A stretch of DNA of 64,000 nucleotides from Elsinoe ampelina (Eukaryota): positions 617,203 through 681,202 of the forward strand of contig ML992513.1 of assembly GCA_010093995.1 (NCBI GenBank), written 5' to 3'. The translations under genes were made by a program, and so were the position numbers. Under the pieces are notes generated by a model. That model worked only from the letters and a program-made list of their open reading frames with translations, did not search any database and had not been told where the DNA came from. Below are positions 1-11,787 of this stretch, one piece after another (the first letter of the stretch is position 1; every line of letters starts with the position of its first letter).

Positions 1-344
1 CAAAAGGGGTGCAGGAGCGTGCAGGGAAGGTCTTCTGCATTTACGGTAGTTCCACAGGCTTCTGGGATTGCTAAAGTTCAAAGTACGGCACCCACGTATG
101 TGGTAGACATGGAAATGCTCCATACGAGCATGGTAAATGAAAGCTGTGTTAATTACTCAGCCCTGTGGTGGGGATGTTAGTACCCACTTTTTGGCCACCT
201 TGGGCGAACATGTTGCTGCCTTGTTTACCTTAATCAGGCATCTTTCCGATCCAAACTCCGCTGGCTCTGTGATATTTCATTTTTCTGACTTTTTCCCACT
301 CTGGATCACCTTTTCCAAACCCGACCATTCCACGACATCAGAAC

Positions 345-1198
345 ATGGGAGACAGTACCGTCGTGCGACAAGAGATGAGTCCGTCAATGGACACGGTTGA
401 GGACAGCTATGCAGCTATGGTAAGCTCGACGTGTGTCACTTTTGTCTTTGCTCTAACTTTTGACCAGCCAGGCCCAATGCCGTTTGACCTTATTGGACTT
501 CCGACCGAAATCAGACACATGGTCTACGCCATCCATCAGCAATACATCGATGAGCACGACTTCCTTTATGTATCCATTACGTGGAACAAGGCCGACAGAG
601 TCCTGAAATTCTGCAGCGAATACGCTATCTACGTGCCGAACATGCTACCTCTGGTACTGACCTGCAAGACGATCAGCACTGAGATCCTGCCGTACTTCTA
701 CGCGACGCCTTGTTTCCAACTGCGTTTTGGCAACGAAATTGACAGGACTGTGGCCGATCTGCGGGCATCCTATCACTGCTTCAGATACATGCGCAACGTC
801 GAGATCCTTCTCGATCCGTTTTGTCGATTCAGCCGCGCCTTGAAACAGAGTCTGGAGCTGATCGAATGGGCCGAACAAATTGCGTACATGGAGATCAGCG
901 TCGGCAACTCTTGCTCATGGGAAAGGAGAGAGCATTGTGAGCTGCTCGAAGCGGGAGGGGGGGCAGAAGTCGAGAGGATGCTTGCGTATTGGGGCCAAAT
1001 CCGCTTCAAAGACAAGGTGGACTTGTGGTTTTGTCTGTTCGGATGGAAAGAATTGCGCGGTATGTGAGGTGTGAATCGACAACATTTGCAACGCTGACAG
1101 GAGCAGATGCAGAAGCCCAAAGACAGATCGCAATGAAGCTGGAGGGAAAGTGGAGAATGCTGCGTGAGCTATCTCGCCTTTTGCTAGAAAAAGTCTGA
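345..1198 (+). CDS. F-box-like (2EXR-type N-terminal motif) protein, paralogue 1
   Basis: Motif FDLIGLPTEIRHMVY followed by LVLTCKTISTEILPYFY. Predicted introns 420-467 (GTAAGC..CTAAC..CAG) and 1060-1100 (GTATGT..CTGAC AG, phase 1) join it to the exon GADAEAQRQIAM..EKV*. Confidence 0.75.
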
Positions 1199-1440
1199 AT
1201 TTCCAGACCATTTTCCAAACACTACCTTACGATGTCTTTCTGCGTCTGATGATGGTGTTGAAGTGTGAAAAGTCCATAGTTGCGTCCTTGTGCAGCGCAG
1301 CTGCCTATTTCGCGATACAAAGCCGTGACGCCAACTTCCTGCCCAACCTTTACACGCGTGCTTTCAAGAACAACTCGTCTCGTTGCAATCTTCGAGACTC
1401 AAGCGCACTACTCTATTCAAGACTCAGAGCGGAGAGCACC

Positions 1441-2553
1441 ATGGATAGATTCACTGTTCAGCATCATGCAGAAGAGGTCCGACGTGCAGCAACAATGCCG
1501 CAAGAAAATCAATCTGAGGATGGAGACATCCCTGGCTACATCAGTGTCGAAGACTCCGACACCAGTACTAATGATATGGTCGACGACGAGGCTGGAGACG
1601 AATATGATGCTCAGCACGAGAGCTCAGACGAAGCTGATGAAGAGCTGGGATGTAAAACCGCTCACGTCGCCAACCTCACCAGACACTTCACTGGCCCTTT
1701 CCGCTTGATGGATCTTCCGATCGAAATTCGCCGACTCATCTGGCGTGCCCTTCGTGGCTGTGGAGTCAAGAAGGATGCTCAAGATGACGGATCCGTCATG
1801 TACTACCATCCCGTTGCAGTCGATATCTTTGATGACGAGGACGACAAGACAATGCGCTGTGTCAAGGCACAAAGCCACACCTGGTCCTCGACTACACTCT
1901 TCCCCCTGCTCCTGGCGAGTCGCAAGGTTCACGACGAGGTCATCCCACTCCTTTATGGTAACGTCTTGTTCAACTTCAAATGGAGCGTCTGCGACAATTA
2001 CGAGACAGAGGAGTCTCTGCCATGTTTCCCTCACGGCTTGAGATGGGTCCTCATCGACTCTGCTGTCATTTGGTTGGACCCTTGCTTCGACATGATCCCA
2101 TACTTCAAAGAGATGATGAGCAAGCTACGTTGGGGTCGTAACCTTGGTTACATGAGCATCAGGTTCGACATGCAGCTTGCCGGACTCTATGGTATGGTGT
2201 TCGGAGTTGACATGGACGAAGATATGGAAGAGAACATGGATAAGCTGGCTGCAGAGTGGCCGAACATCGAAGCCAAATGCTTCGTGGACACAGACATCGA
2301 GGACCAGCATCATCCACCACTACTGGGTAGGATACCTGCAAAAGAAGACCGCATCCCTCCTGACACGATCACAGCTGCCGAGAAGAAGAGGCTGGAAGCA
2401 AAGGGCATGGCGGAGAAATTTCCCACTCCAGGTCGGTCAAATTGGATACTGCAAGGATCTTACTGACAAGTTGCAGCTCAGTTGTTTGGTTGGGGACCAT
2501 TGGGTGATGTGACGAAGTTAATCATGGTGGATGATCAGGGACGCGTCGCGTGA
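1441..2553 (+). CDS. F-box-like protein, paralogue 2 (acidic N-terminus)
   Basis: Motif FTGPFRLMDLPIEIRRLIW and LLLASRKVHDEVIPLLY. Predicted phase-1 introns 2327-2374 and 2432-2476. Start ATG uncertain (1249, 1441 or 1495). Confidence 0.75.
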
Positions 2554-2871
2554 GCTTCAAGAAGAATCGGTAGTGGGCGAAGCAATGGGATAGGGTGGAT
2601 TGCTTTCACGCGGGTTTGCTAATGTTTCCAATGGTTCATATTCGTATAATAGTGCAGTAGAATCATTTCGGTGGTGTTCAAATGCAATTTCTCATTGTCT
2701 TGCGCCCTGGTTTTCACATGACCGTGGCACGGATACACGATCCCAGGATTTTCGTTTCTTCACCTTTCATTTCTTCACCCACCTCAAATCAAGCTCATCA
2801 ATCCTACCACGACTGGCACGGCTCAAGAGACGGTTGAGATACCAGACAGAAAGTCGTCTGAAGTCAGTGTC

Positions 2872-3672
2872 ATGGTGAGTGAACGAATATACATGGTCGT
2901 GCTGGTGATCTCATGACGACTAATCCTATCAGACGACCACTTCTTCCCTCCGTTTGAGCTTCCTGGATCTACCAGCAGAGATTCGACGTCAGGTCTACCA
3001 CATGTGCATCGAGGTAGATATGCTTCTTGAGGAGCCTGCCGACAATTATTGGTACACCTTCGGCTGGACGATGGAAATACTCATCAACTGGTCCGCACAG
3101 CGACAAGTTTTCGACTTCGACGCCAACGGTGGTACACCTCCCTCGACACTTGCAGCGCTCATCCGTAGCTGCCACATGGTCCTTGAAGAGGCAAATCCGA
3201 TTCTATACCATGGGATCTTTGCCACTGTTACGGAGATGCAGCTGCTCGCGCCCTGGTCTGGTAACGTGGCTATGGCCGACGAGAGATTCAAATGGGTCCG
3301 CATGCTCACTATCCACCTCAATCCCTTCAATCTTTTCAGCGATAGATTCGAGACTGTCATGTCGGCTTTTTTCTGGGGCGAGTACCTTGAGGTATCGAGC
3401 CTTCAGATCGGCTACGAGTGCTCTTATATTGTCCACGGCATGAACCCTTGCGAGATAATGGAGATTGGGGGAGCAGTGGAGATTCGCAATCTCGCAAAGA
3501 TCTGGCTACAGATTCGATGCAAGCGGGAGGTCGATATTGCTCAATGCATATGGGAGGTTGAGCCTCTACATGGTAAGTGGTCTTGGGGAGGACCAGGAGT
3601 GTACTGACGATATTCATAGCCGCCGAAATGGAAAGATTGGAGGCCATGAAGAAGGAGAAGACGGCTCAGTAG
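2872..3672 (+). CDS. F-box-like protein, paralogue 3
   Basis: ATG at 2872 is directly followed by intron 2875-2932 (GTGAGT..CTAAT..CAG), in frame with SFLDLPAEIRRQVY. Phase-1 intron 3573-3619, then AAEMERLEAMKKEKTAQ*. Confidence 0.75.
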
Positions 3673-4023
3673 GTGCGAGCGTTTTTTTGTTTCATAGGAC
3701 GGATGGGCGTGGAACTACTGAAGCATGTTTTTGGACTATCCACAGGGTCATGGAGCTCCCCGTGAGCAGTCACCAGTCAATCAATAGATACTACTTTGAG
3801 GTGCAGATACAGAAAGGAGGAGGGGTTCGATCTTGCTGAAATGGACAATTTCGACAGTGTGACCCCAATTTCCGGAGTGGGATGGTACGCGACTGCGCAT
3901 GATTGTTCTCGCGTCTGCCTGATTGCTCTCCAAATCCAACACGTCCGACTCGTGTGAGAAATTTCTGCTTCACATCAACCTCGCAAACCCGCTCGCGCAT
4001 TTCCAGAGCCGCATCGCGGCTTT

Positions 4024-5152
4024 ATGAGCACCCTTAGCGTGCACCCAATGGACGAGGCAATCAACCAGCCTGCTTCTGCTTCAGCGAATGAGGATGAACC
4101 TGCCGCACTTAACCCCAGCGACCCACAACTCCCGGAGGACAATGATGATGGTGGTGGGAGTTCCTCCGAATGTCACTGCGTGAGCCGCAACGGAGGAGAT
4201 GGATGTCATTGTGAACATGACGATCGCTCCAGCCCCCAGCCGGGAGACAGTGATGCAGAATCCGATATCGACCACGCCTACTTAACTGCCAACTTTACTG
4301 GCCCGTTTCGCTTGATGGATCTTCCACCTGAGGTTCGACGGATGATTTGGCTAGAGCTACGTGGGGACACGAGATACTTTGGGGTCTTCAAATGCAAACG
4401 TATCGAGCTCGTTCACGAGAAGCCTACAAGCCCTGAAGGGCCGCGAATCCATAGACTTCTCAGCCCAGGTCCAGGCACACTACTGCCGGTACTGAAAACT
4501 TCTCGAACAATTCACGAAGAAGCCGGTCCTCTGATGTATCGCGACGTGCTCTGGTTCATCTTATGGAGCAACTTTGGTCACCATGTCAAACTGACCGGAC
4601 CTTGCCAGTTCATCGAGACGCAGCCCTGGCGATTCATCATGCGTATACACTGGTACGCGGACTCAGCGTTAACTGCTCATCGATCTTTCGAGAAATTTCT
4701 TGGCCTGGTGGATCACGGAAAGAACTTGATTGAAATCGAATTCGCCGTAAATCGCGAAGAGCTGCTTGGCTGTGAGCCAGAAAACTGGTTCGTCACAAAA
4801 GGCGTAGTCATGGAGAACATGGAGATGATCACCTACACAATCTCGAAGATTCAAGCAAAATGCTACGCTGAAGTCAGGTTCGGTGAGGAGCCTATGAAGA
4901 TCTGGGAGTGTCGGTCCAACATGTTCCTCTGTCTTAGATGTTACTGATATTGATAGTGGCCGAAGTCGAGCGTCTCCGCCGCCTAAACCTCATGCATCTA
5001 GTGCCAGAAGCTGGTATGACAAGCAAAGCCAGAAACTATAAATCACTGATATGTTTCCAGAACAAAATCTCGAGTGGGCTTTGACACTTACCGATGCTCT
5101 GGACTGGATAGAGACGATCGTGTTCGAAGGGGACTACGATGGGGACTTGTAG
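4024..5152 (+). CDS. F-box-like protein, paralogue 4
   Basis: Motif FTGPFRLMDLPPEVRRMIW (nearly identical to paralogue 2) and LKTSRTIHEEAGPLMY. Predicted phase-1 introns 4910-4956 and 5014-5060. Confidence 0.75.
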
Positions 5153-5444
5153 AAAGCGCAGAAAGGCTGCGGGAAGGCGTGTGAGGTTTGAGAAAGCAGA
5201 GAATACATTGCATGGTAGTTCAGCCATTCTGACGGCGGGTATCTTGCGGCCATGCATAGCGTTAAGGAAGGTATGAAGTTGAGCTTTTCGGACTTTCGGA
5301 AATTTTGCTGTGCGGTGTTTGGGTTTCCCACTTGGTCCGATTCAGCATTCAACACTCGGTCGGAAGATCAGAACATTGGAGATTGTTCAAAAATTCAGAT
5401 GCTCATACGACGATCTCAACGAAGACGACCTGACTTCAGCAAAG

Positions 5445-7592
5445 ATGTTCGTGGCCGCTGATGTCCGCCACCTCATCAACCTTTTCCCGCCGACAACCAA
5501 GCCCAAAGATCCATCTCCTGCAGATCAATCAACATCATTTGCATCCAGCGACACTAACAATACATTCTCAACGTCTGGTATCCCATCTTTCATCCCTTCT
5601 GCTACCCATCCCATCCTTTACCCTTTCCCTGTCTTGCAGCGGAAACTCCTCAACCACCTCTCCAGCCACGGCTCCATCTCGACCTCATCTCTTTCATCAC
5701 TGCTAGATGTACCAGATCCCACCACAATCATCAGATGGGCCGACCAACAACCCACTCTTTCCACGCCTGCCGCTCGAAAGCCTGACCTACCACCATGGCA
5801 GCAGAAAGTGGTGGCGATATGGTTCTTGTTTCAAGCTCGGTACAGGCCTACCAGGATCTCGGAAGCGGCTGAGTTCTTTGGTCTGGATGCTGAGATCGTG
5901 GAAGCCATCGTGAAGGCTCATGCGGAGACATGGCAGGGAGTGGAGGTGAAGGGGTTGTGGGTCACGAAGAGAATGTGGGAGGGGCGAAGGAGGGTGGTAA
6001 GCACGACTCTGGGAGATGCGGAGAAACATGGGGAGAAGAAGACGTTGGAAGGCTTGGAGGGCTGGGACGAGACCGTGGTGAGGTTGTTGGTGACGCTAGC
6101 GTTGGGAGAGGAAAGGGGTGGGCAGTGGGAGCTGCAAAGGGAGGGCTGCGGCTGGTCCTTCGTGCCCGCCACAGGGAACGGGCCAAGCGAAAAGACCGGA
6201 TTGGACGATCTGGTCAAAACGTACCGCCATGAGTTTCAGACAGTGGGCTGGGTCACGATTGCAGGTACGGGGGAACAGCGGGCGGTGATACTGGAGAGAC
6301 TGAGAGAGGATGGCGACTTGGACGATACGACTGAGCTGGAATCGGACTCTGCTACAGACTCTGCTACCCAGAATAAGGTTCCTCAGGACAGCGTCACTCT
6401 TGTCGCCTCGAGAAAGCTTAATGAAGCTAGCATGAAAGTGTTGGAGATCCTACCAGACGTCGCTCAAGCAATCTGGAGAGACACACAGGACAAGGACTTG
6501 TCTTTCAACACGAAGGTTCAATCACATATCACAACTAGTCTGCAAGACTCGAGTATCTCCAACACACTCCTGCCACTCATCGAGCTTGTTCTGGTCAGCT
6601 CAAATGCCAGCAAGCCCATCAAAGAAGCCTGGATGTCCCGCCTCGCCATACTCTCTTCGACCTCAAGCACCGCCTTCCTCAGCACTGTCCGAAACGATCT
6701 TCGACTCCCTCTCCATCTCTACACCGCCCCCATGGCCCTCTACTCCTCTGATCCCACCCTCGCAGAACATCAAACCTCCTTCCTCTATGACTTCCTCCGG
6801 TCCGACGTCCTCCCCGCCTTCTTCAAATCTATCTCCACCCTCGATTTACCACCACCAAAAGATCTTTCCAAAGAACTCTCCAAATTCAAGACCACCGCTT
6901 CCGAAGCCCGCAACCTCGACGCCCTTCTTTCCGTCTTCAAAAAGTTCTCCCGCAAAACCAAGCTCCCAGACGTGCACACCCCCCTGTCACGAGCCGGGAC
7001 CCGCTCTCTCTCCTCCCGTACAACCTCACGCACAGCATCACGAAGCCACAGTACCGCTCTCTCCTCACCAGCGTCACCCTCGACCGAGCAATCCACCACC
7101 ACCGCTCCTGCTGCAGAAGCCACCACACCCCCATCTCTGGACGAGCAGGCAGGCAAGACCGACCTCCTCCTCGCCCGCGACACCATCCTATCTCAAGACA
7201 TGAAAACTCTCCTCAAAGCCAAGCGCCCAAGCGACGTCCTCCAGCAAGCCACCTGGATCCTTCTCGCTTCCGTCGTGGAGGAGCCAATGGTGTTCATCTC
7301 CGGCGGGAGAGACGCGGGGAGGATGGTGAAGCTTTTTCAGAGGGTTGCGTCTGGCGTTGAGGATGAGGGAGGAGGAGAGGTAAAGGATAGAGAAGTGGAT
7401 GAGGAAGGGGATGAGGGAGAGGCTATGCAGCCAACGAGGGAGGGATATGGTGAGCGGATGGACTGGGTTGGTGCAGGGAGGAGGTTGGAGGGGTTTAGGG
7501 GGAAGGTGAAGGGGGGGAAGGAAGAGGGGAGGGAGGTGCAGGGGGTTAGGGAGCTGGCGGGGAGGGGGTGGGAGGGGAGGAGGGTGCGGTGA
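5445..7592 (+). CDS. Uncharacterised ~715 aa protein; probable remote E3 UFM1-protein ligase 1 (UFL1)-like homologue
   Basis: Long uninterrupted ORF with ATG at 5445. Several segments resemble remembered UFL1 blocks in the right order (HGSISTSSLSSLLDV; EFQTVGWVTI; LHLYTAPMALYSSDPTLAEHQTSFL; PSDVLQQATWILLA..FISGGRDAGRMVKLF). The CDS is confident, the family call is moderate. Confidence 0.55.
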   Translation: MFVAADVRHLINLFPPTTKPKDPSPADQSTSFASSDTNNTFSTSGIPSFIPSATHPILYPFPVLQRKLLNHLSSHGSISTSSLSSLLDVPDPTTIIRWADQQPTLSTPAARKPDLPPWQQKVVAIWFLFQARYRPTRISEAAEFFGLDAEIVEAIVKAHAETWQGVEVKGLWVTKRMWEGRRRVVSTTLGDAEKHGEKKTLEGLEGWDETVVRLLVTLALGEERGGQWELQREGCGWSFVPATGNGPSEKTGLDDLVKTYRHEFQTVGWVTIAGTGEQRAVILERLREDGDLDDTTELESDSATDSATQNKVPQDSVTLVASRKLNEASMKVLEILPDVAQAIWRDTQDKDLSFNTKVQSHITTSLQDSSISNTLLPLIELVLVSSNASKPIKEAWMSRLAILSSTSSTAFLSTVRNDLRLPLHLYTAPMALYSSDPTLAEHQTSFLYDFLRSDVLPAFFKSISTLDLPPPKDLSKELSKFKTTASEARNLDALLSVFKKFSRKTKLPDVHTPLSRAGTRSLSSRTTSRTASRSHSTALSSPASPSTEQSTTTAPAAEATTPPSLDEQAGKTDLLLARDTILSQDMKTLLKAKRPSDVLQQATWILLASVVEEPMVFISGGRDAGRMVKLFQRVASGVEDEGGGEVKDREVDEEGDEGEAMQPTREGYGERMDWVGAGRRLEGFRGKVKGGKEEGREVQGVRELAGRGWEGRRVR

Positions 7593-7803
7593 TATTGTGT
7601 TCGAGAAGTGGGAGTGAGATGGGAAAGATGATGTACTGATGCAGTTGATGGAGGCAAGACTACCAATGGCCGTCGGCACGTCGACACTACAAAGCGTGTC
7701 GAGCATGTCACACGGGAAAATGGACAGGCAGATCGTGACGGTGTGATCTTCTCATTCGTGCATCTATTCCCCTCCCCCTGATTTTTTGCCCAGCTACCAC
7801 CAT

Positions 7804-9710
7804 CTAAGGAGCCAACCTCCCCGGATCCCTCGGGAATAAACTCCCGAGCCTCACGTTCGGCAACCCCAACCACAACATGACGATCCTCTCCAACCCAATC
7901 CCACCCCCAGCGTGAGGCGGACACCCATACCTGAACCCATCGACATAATCCTTCAACCCCTGGCCCTCCGGGTCCACCGGGCTAACATGCTCCTTCATCC
8001 TCTTGACCAGGAAATTCGCATCGTGGATCCTCTGCGCGCCGGACATGATCTCCTGCCCGCGCATGAAGAAGTCGTAGCTGTTGCTGTAGCCGCCGTTGGG
8101 GTCGGGGGAGTCTTTGGCGAAAGCGGGGGAGTCGGGGGCGGGCATGGTGTAGAATGGGCGGATGGCGAGCGGGTAGCGGTCGAGGATGTAGAAGTCTGTG
8201 CCGTATTTTTCGAGGACGAGGCGGCCGAGGCGTTTTTCGTCGGGGGTGCTGGGGGGGAAAGTCAGTCAGGGGGGACGGGTTGGGGGATGGAGGGGATAGG
8301 GGGACGGACCTGAGATCGTCAAAGTCGCCGACTTGGATGCCGTCGTCGCGAAGCATTTTGACGCCTTCGGAGAAGGGGAGGCGGATGGTTTTGCCTACTT
8401 CGGGGAGCTTGAATTCTTCGACGTGGTAGATGCTGCGGATGAGGTCGGTCTCCTTGCCGTAGCGGTCTTTGAGGCCGTTGAGGATGAAGAGCATGAGGCC
8501 TTCGATGAACTCGACGACTTCGTGGTAGTGTTCCTGAAACTCCATCTCGAGATCCAGACCGGTGAACTCGGTCAAGTGGCGGGCTGTGTTGCTGTTCTCT
8601 GCCCGGAAGACGGGACCGATTTCGTAGACCCTCTCCATACGAGCGGCGATCAGCATCTGCTTGTAGAGTTGAGGACTTTGTGCGAGGTAGGCTTTGCGAT
8701 CGAAGTACTTGACCTCGAAGACGTTGGCACCTCCTTCTGATGCACTGCCCAACAGCTTTGGTGTCTGCACGCCCACGAAGCCCTTGCCGTCGAGGTATTC
8801 TCTGAAGAGTGCTGTTACACCGTGCTTGATCTTGAATATTGCCAAATTGTGTTTCGCCCTCAAATCGATGATCCTGTTGTTCAATCTCGTGTTGAGCATG
8901 ACCAAAGGTCTCGCGCCCTCCTCTTCCTTCTCCTCTTCACCATCGGCAGGAAGTGGCCTCTCGGCGTCCGCTACCTGCATGGGTAGTTGCGCTTCGGCTC
9001 TGCACTCGACAAACAGCCTCTTGACATGGATCTCCAGGTGTCCGACGGTCGCGCTCTTGACCTCCTCTTTCGGCGCCTTGACTACACCATGCACAATTAC
9101 CACGCTCTCGGTAGGTATTGATCCGCAGAACTTGACCATCTGTCTGCTGAGCGACGGGCTCTCTGCTACGACAGCTTGTACATTGTTCCCACTCTGACCA
9201 AGCAAGAGGAAGGAGAGCTTTGCGGACTGATTGCGGGCGTTCTCAACAATAGCGCGGAAGACGACTTCTGGTCCGCCGGGCTCGGTTAGGGAAGAGGCAT
9301 CGGCGTACTTTTTGGCGAGTTCGGAGAGAGTAACGCGAGTGGTAGACTCTTTGGGAGCTTCCGGTAGGACGGGGAGATCACCATAGTCTGCTTTGGAGAC
9401 GTCGTTGGCATCTTTGGCGGCTCGGGCTGCGTCTTCTTCGGCTTTTCGTTTGGCTGCCTTCTCAGCCTGGAAAGTATGTAAGTAAGCTTCATGGAAGATT
9501 ACCAACGGTGGTAGAGGATGGCCAAATTCGAAGAGTGTAGACGGTCGAGCATTGAGGTGGTGAGTATACCTTTTCTTTCTCTTTTTGCATCTTCTTCAGA
9601 GCCGACTTGGAGGGGCCCTTCTCGCCCTCGGCGGGAGCAGAACCATCCTCCTTGGGTCGCTCTGGTAGAGCTTCAGCAGACTGACCTGCGGGCGCAGATT
9701 GGTCGGCCAT
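7804..9710 (-). CDS. DPS1: Cytosolic aspartyl-tRNA synthetase
   Basis: Class IIb motifs [74 protein letters not shown]. Introns 9467-9569 and 8249-8309. Confidence 0.97.
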
Positions 9711-10009
9711 GTTGTTGTGGGTGGGTTGAGAAAGAGGGTGTAATGTTTGGCGGGGTACTTTGGATATTTGAAGTGGGATGCTGTGCGTCACAGGAATTGC
9801 GCATGAGTCGAAAGTCAATTCCGAGCACCGATCATCACCGCCATCGACAAGAAAGGTCACCGCGACGTGATTGGAACAAGTTTGAGGACCAATACAGTAG
9901 TATATACAGTGTTTGATTACATGACAGTCCCGCGCCTGGCTATGCGATATTCCCAGGCCAGCTTATGCCTTTAAATGCACGACCTCCTCCTTTCCAGGGT
10001 CGACTTCAT

Positions 10010-10702
10010 CTACCGCGTGAAGAAAGCGACTGCCAGAGCCAACAGACCCATCGTACCCATGTTGACACCGTACACGCTCGCTGCACCAGTCTGAGATGCT
10101 CCAGAACCACTGCTGGTAGGCGACACGCCAGCCGAAGTGCTTCTGCTGCCACTGACTGCTGAGCTGCTGCTGCCAGCGCTGCCGCTGCTAGATGCTTCGG
10201 TGGAGGAGGGCATACTGCCTGTAGCGGTCGAAGCTGCTACCAGCTTCTCGGCGCCAGCTGTGAATGTGACATCGGCGAGGGTGAAGGCATACTCGCTTGG
10301 ATCGGGGTTGGTGAATGTGGAGGTCTCGACGCCGTCGTTGTTGCCGCCAATGTTGATGCTGGTGCAGACGGATGGGACGGTGACACTGGTGACGTCGCAG
10401 CCGATGCTGAGGGTGAAACCCTCGTTGCCGTCGGCGTCGGGCTCGCTGCCACTGTCCATGGCCATGTACATCTCGTAGCGGCCAGTGGCGGGGAGGTTTG
10501 GGGGTGGGGTAGCCGCTGCCCATGGACCGACAGTGATGGATAGGTTGTAGATGCCGCAGTCATTCCCGTCTGTTCCCACTGGACAGTTGACTACCATGGC
10601 GGTCTGAGTAGGGTTGGCGGAGATGACCGAGGCGACGATACCTGCGCCGCCGTCACCTGCCATGATGTTGAGGGGCACGACGGTGCCATTGGAGGAGGAC
10701 AT
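10010..10702 (-). CDS. Ser/Thr-rich cell-surface/GPI-anchored-like protein
   Basis: Small Cys-containing N-terminal domain (CPVGTDGNDCG), Ser/Gly/Ala-rich stalk, hydrophobic C-terminus (MGTMGLLALAVAFFTR). Good ATG context (ctacaATG). Confidence 0.7.
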   Translation of the reverse strand: MSSSNGTVVPLNIMAGDGGAGIVASVISANPTQTAMVVNCPVGTDGNDCGIYNLSITVGPWAAATPPPNLPATGRYEMYMAMDSGSEPDADGNEGFTLSIGCDVTSVTVPSVCTSINIGGNNDGVETSTFTNPDPSEYAFTLADVTFTAGAEKLVAASTATGSMPSSTEASSSGSAGSSSSAVSGSRSTSAGVSPTSSGSGASQTGAASVYGVNMGTMGLLALAVAFFTR

Positions 10703-11463
10703 TGTAGATTGGTGGAGTGCCTTTTCAAAACGTGTGCAGGGTTCTGAAGGCGTAGGTTTGATATCTGTAGCGACTGTGGTGGTGAATAGTGAGAGAAGAA
10801 CTTGGGATCCGAGAAGGAGAGAAACCGAAAAGTTATACTACCGTGGTTTGCTTGCAGTGAAATGAGGTGCGGCCTCGTTCCTGGCAGGCGTCCAAGTATA
10901 GCCACTGCACGACATGGATATTCAAGGCTGGCTCGGTCGTTCGCATGCCCGTATGCTACCTCAGCGATGCCCGCGCCAGTCGGAAGGACTGCCGTCAGCG
11001 AAACAGACCGAAAAGAAATTGGATGGGATGAAGGAGGAACAAAATGGACGGAAGCTTGACTGATTGTGGAACGCCTTGCGAGCCGCACAGAGGTTTCTGG
11101 TGGTAGCGCTGACGGATCTGCACATGTGCCGGATGCCGCATGGCTGTGCAAGGAAACAAGCAAGGAAATCAAGCATCATGGAGGCCGTCGCGTGTCTGGA
11201 TCTGACCGGAAAGAGTAAACAGAATGATTGTGATATTCATGTCGACATGAAAAGAAAGAATTCCGAGCCGCGGACATGGCCGACGCGAAAGGGCGCCTGT
11301 TTGGCTGGATGATGCAGGAACCGGCAAAATGCGGTAGGGATGGCTTTTTACATGATGATCGCCTAACCAGAGGATTATCATTACTTCAGGTTGTCCTCAT
11401 ACTACCAGACTGCAACATTACCGACCAGACTGCAATACTTCCAGGACTGCATCCCTTCTCCAC

Positions 11464-11787
11464 CTACACGCAACCCGCTCCCTTCCCTCCAAAGACCTTC
11501 ATCGAAACTGTTCCCGCATCCTTGATATCCTTGCTGGCTTCTTTCGGTGCCCCTTTGCCCTCGACACATCGACAGACCATCTTAAAGTGGTGGTTGTCGG
11601 CTTCGAATCGGCCGCCAAGTGGATTACGCATATTCGAATATTGTTTGCAATCATCCCAGAGTGCTTTCTTGACGGCGTTCCGCTGGATATCCGTACATGC
11701 AGCTCCGGCTGGGCAGTCGCCCTCGTAAATGAGATTGACGGCCAGCGTCAGTGGGAGGAATGCTGTGAGTATAAATGAGAAGTGCAT
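11464..11787 (-). CDS. Small secreted cysteine-rich protein (107 aa, 6 Cys)
   Basis: Signal-peptide-like MHFSFILTAFLPLTLA, then a mature part with six Cys ending AGCV*. TATA-like TATA upstream at ~11912. Confidence 0.7.
   Translation of the reverse strand: MHFSFILTAFLPLTLAVNLIYEGDCPAGAACTDIQRNAVKKALWDDCKQYSNMRNPLGGRFEADNHHFKMVCRCVEGKGAPKEASKDIKDAGTVSMKVFGGKGAGCV

Noticed and set aside
6586..8740. Long alternative-frame and antisense ORFs overlapping the UFL1-like and DPS1 genes (likewise at LIP5, GH27, ERG4)
   Set aside because: They are by-products of GC-rich, skewed codon use that depletes stop codons, and give low-complexity translations.
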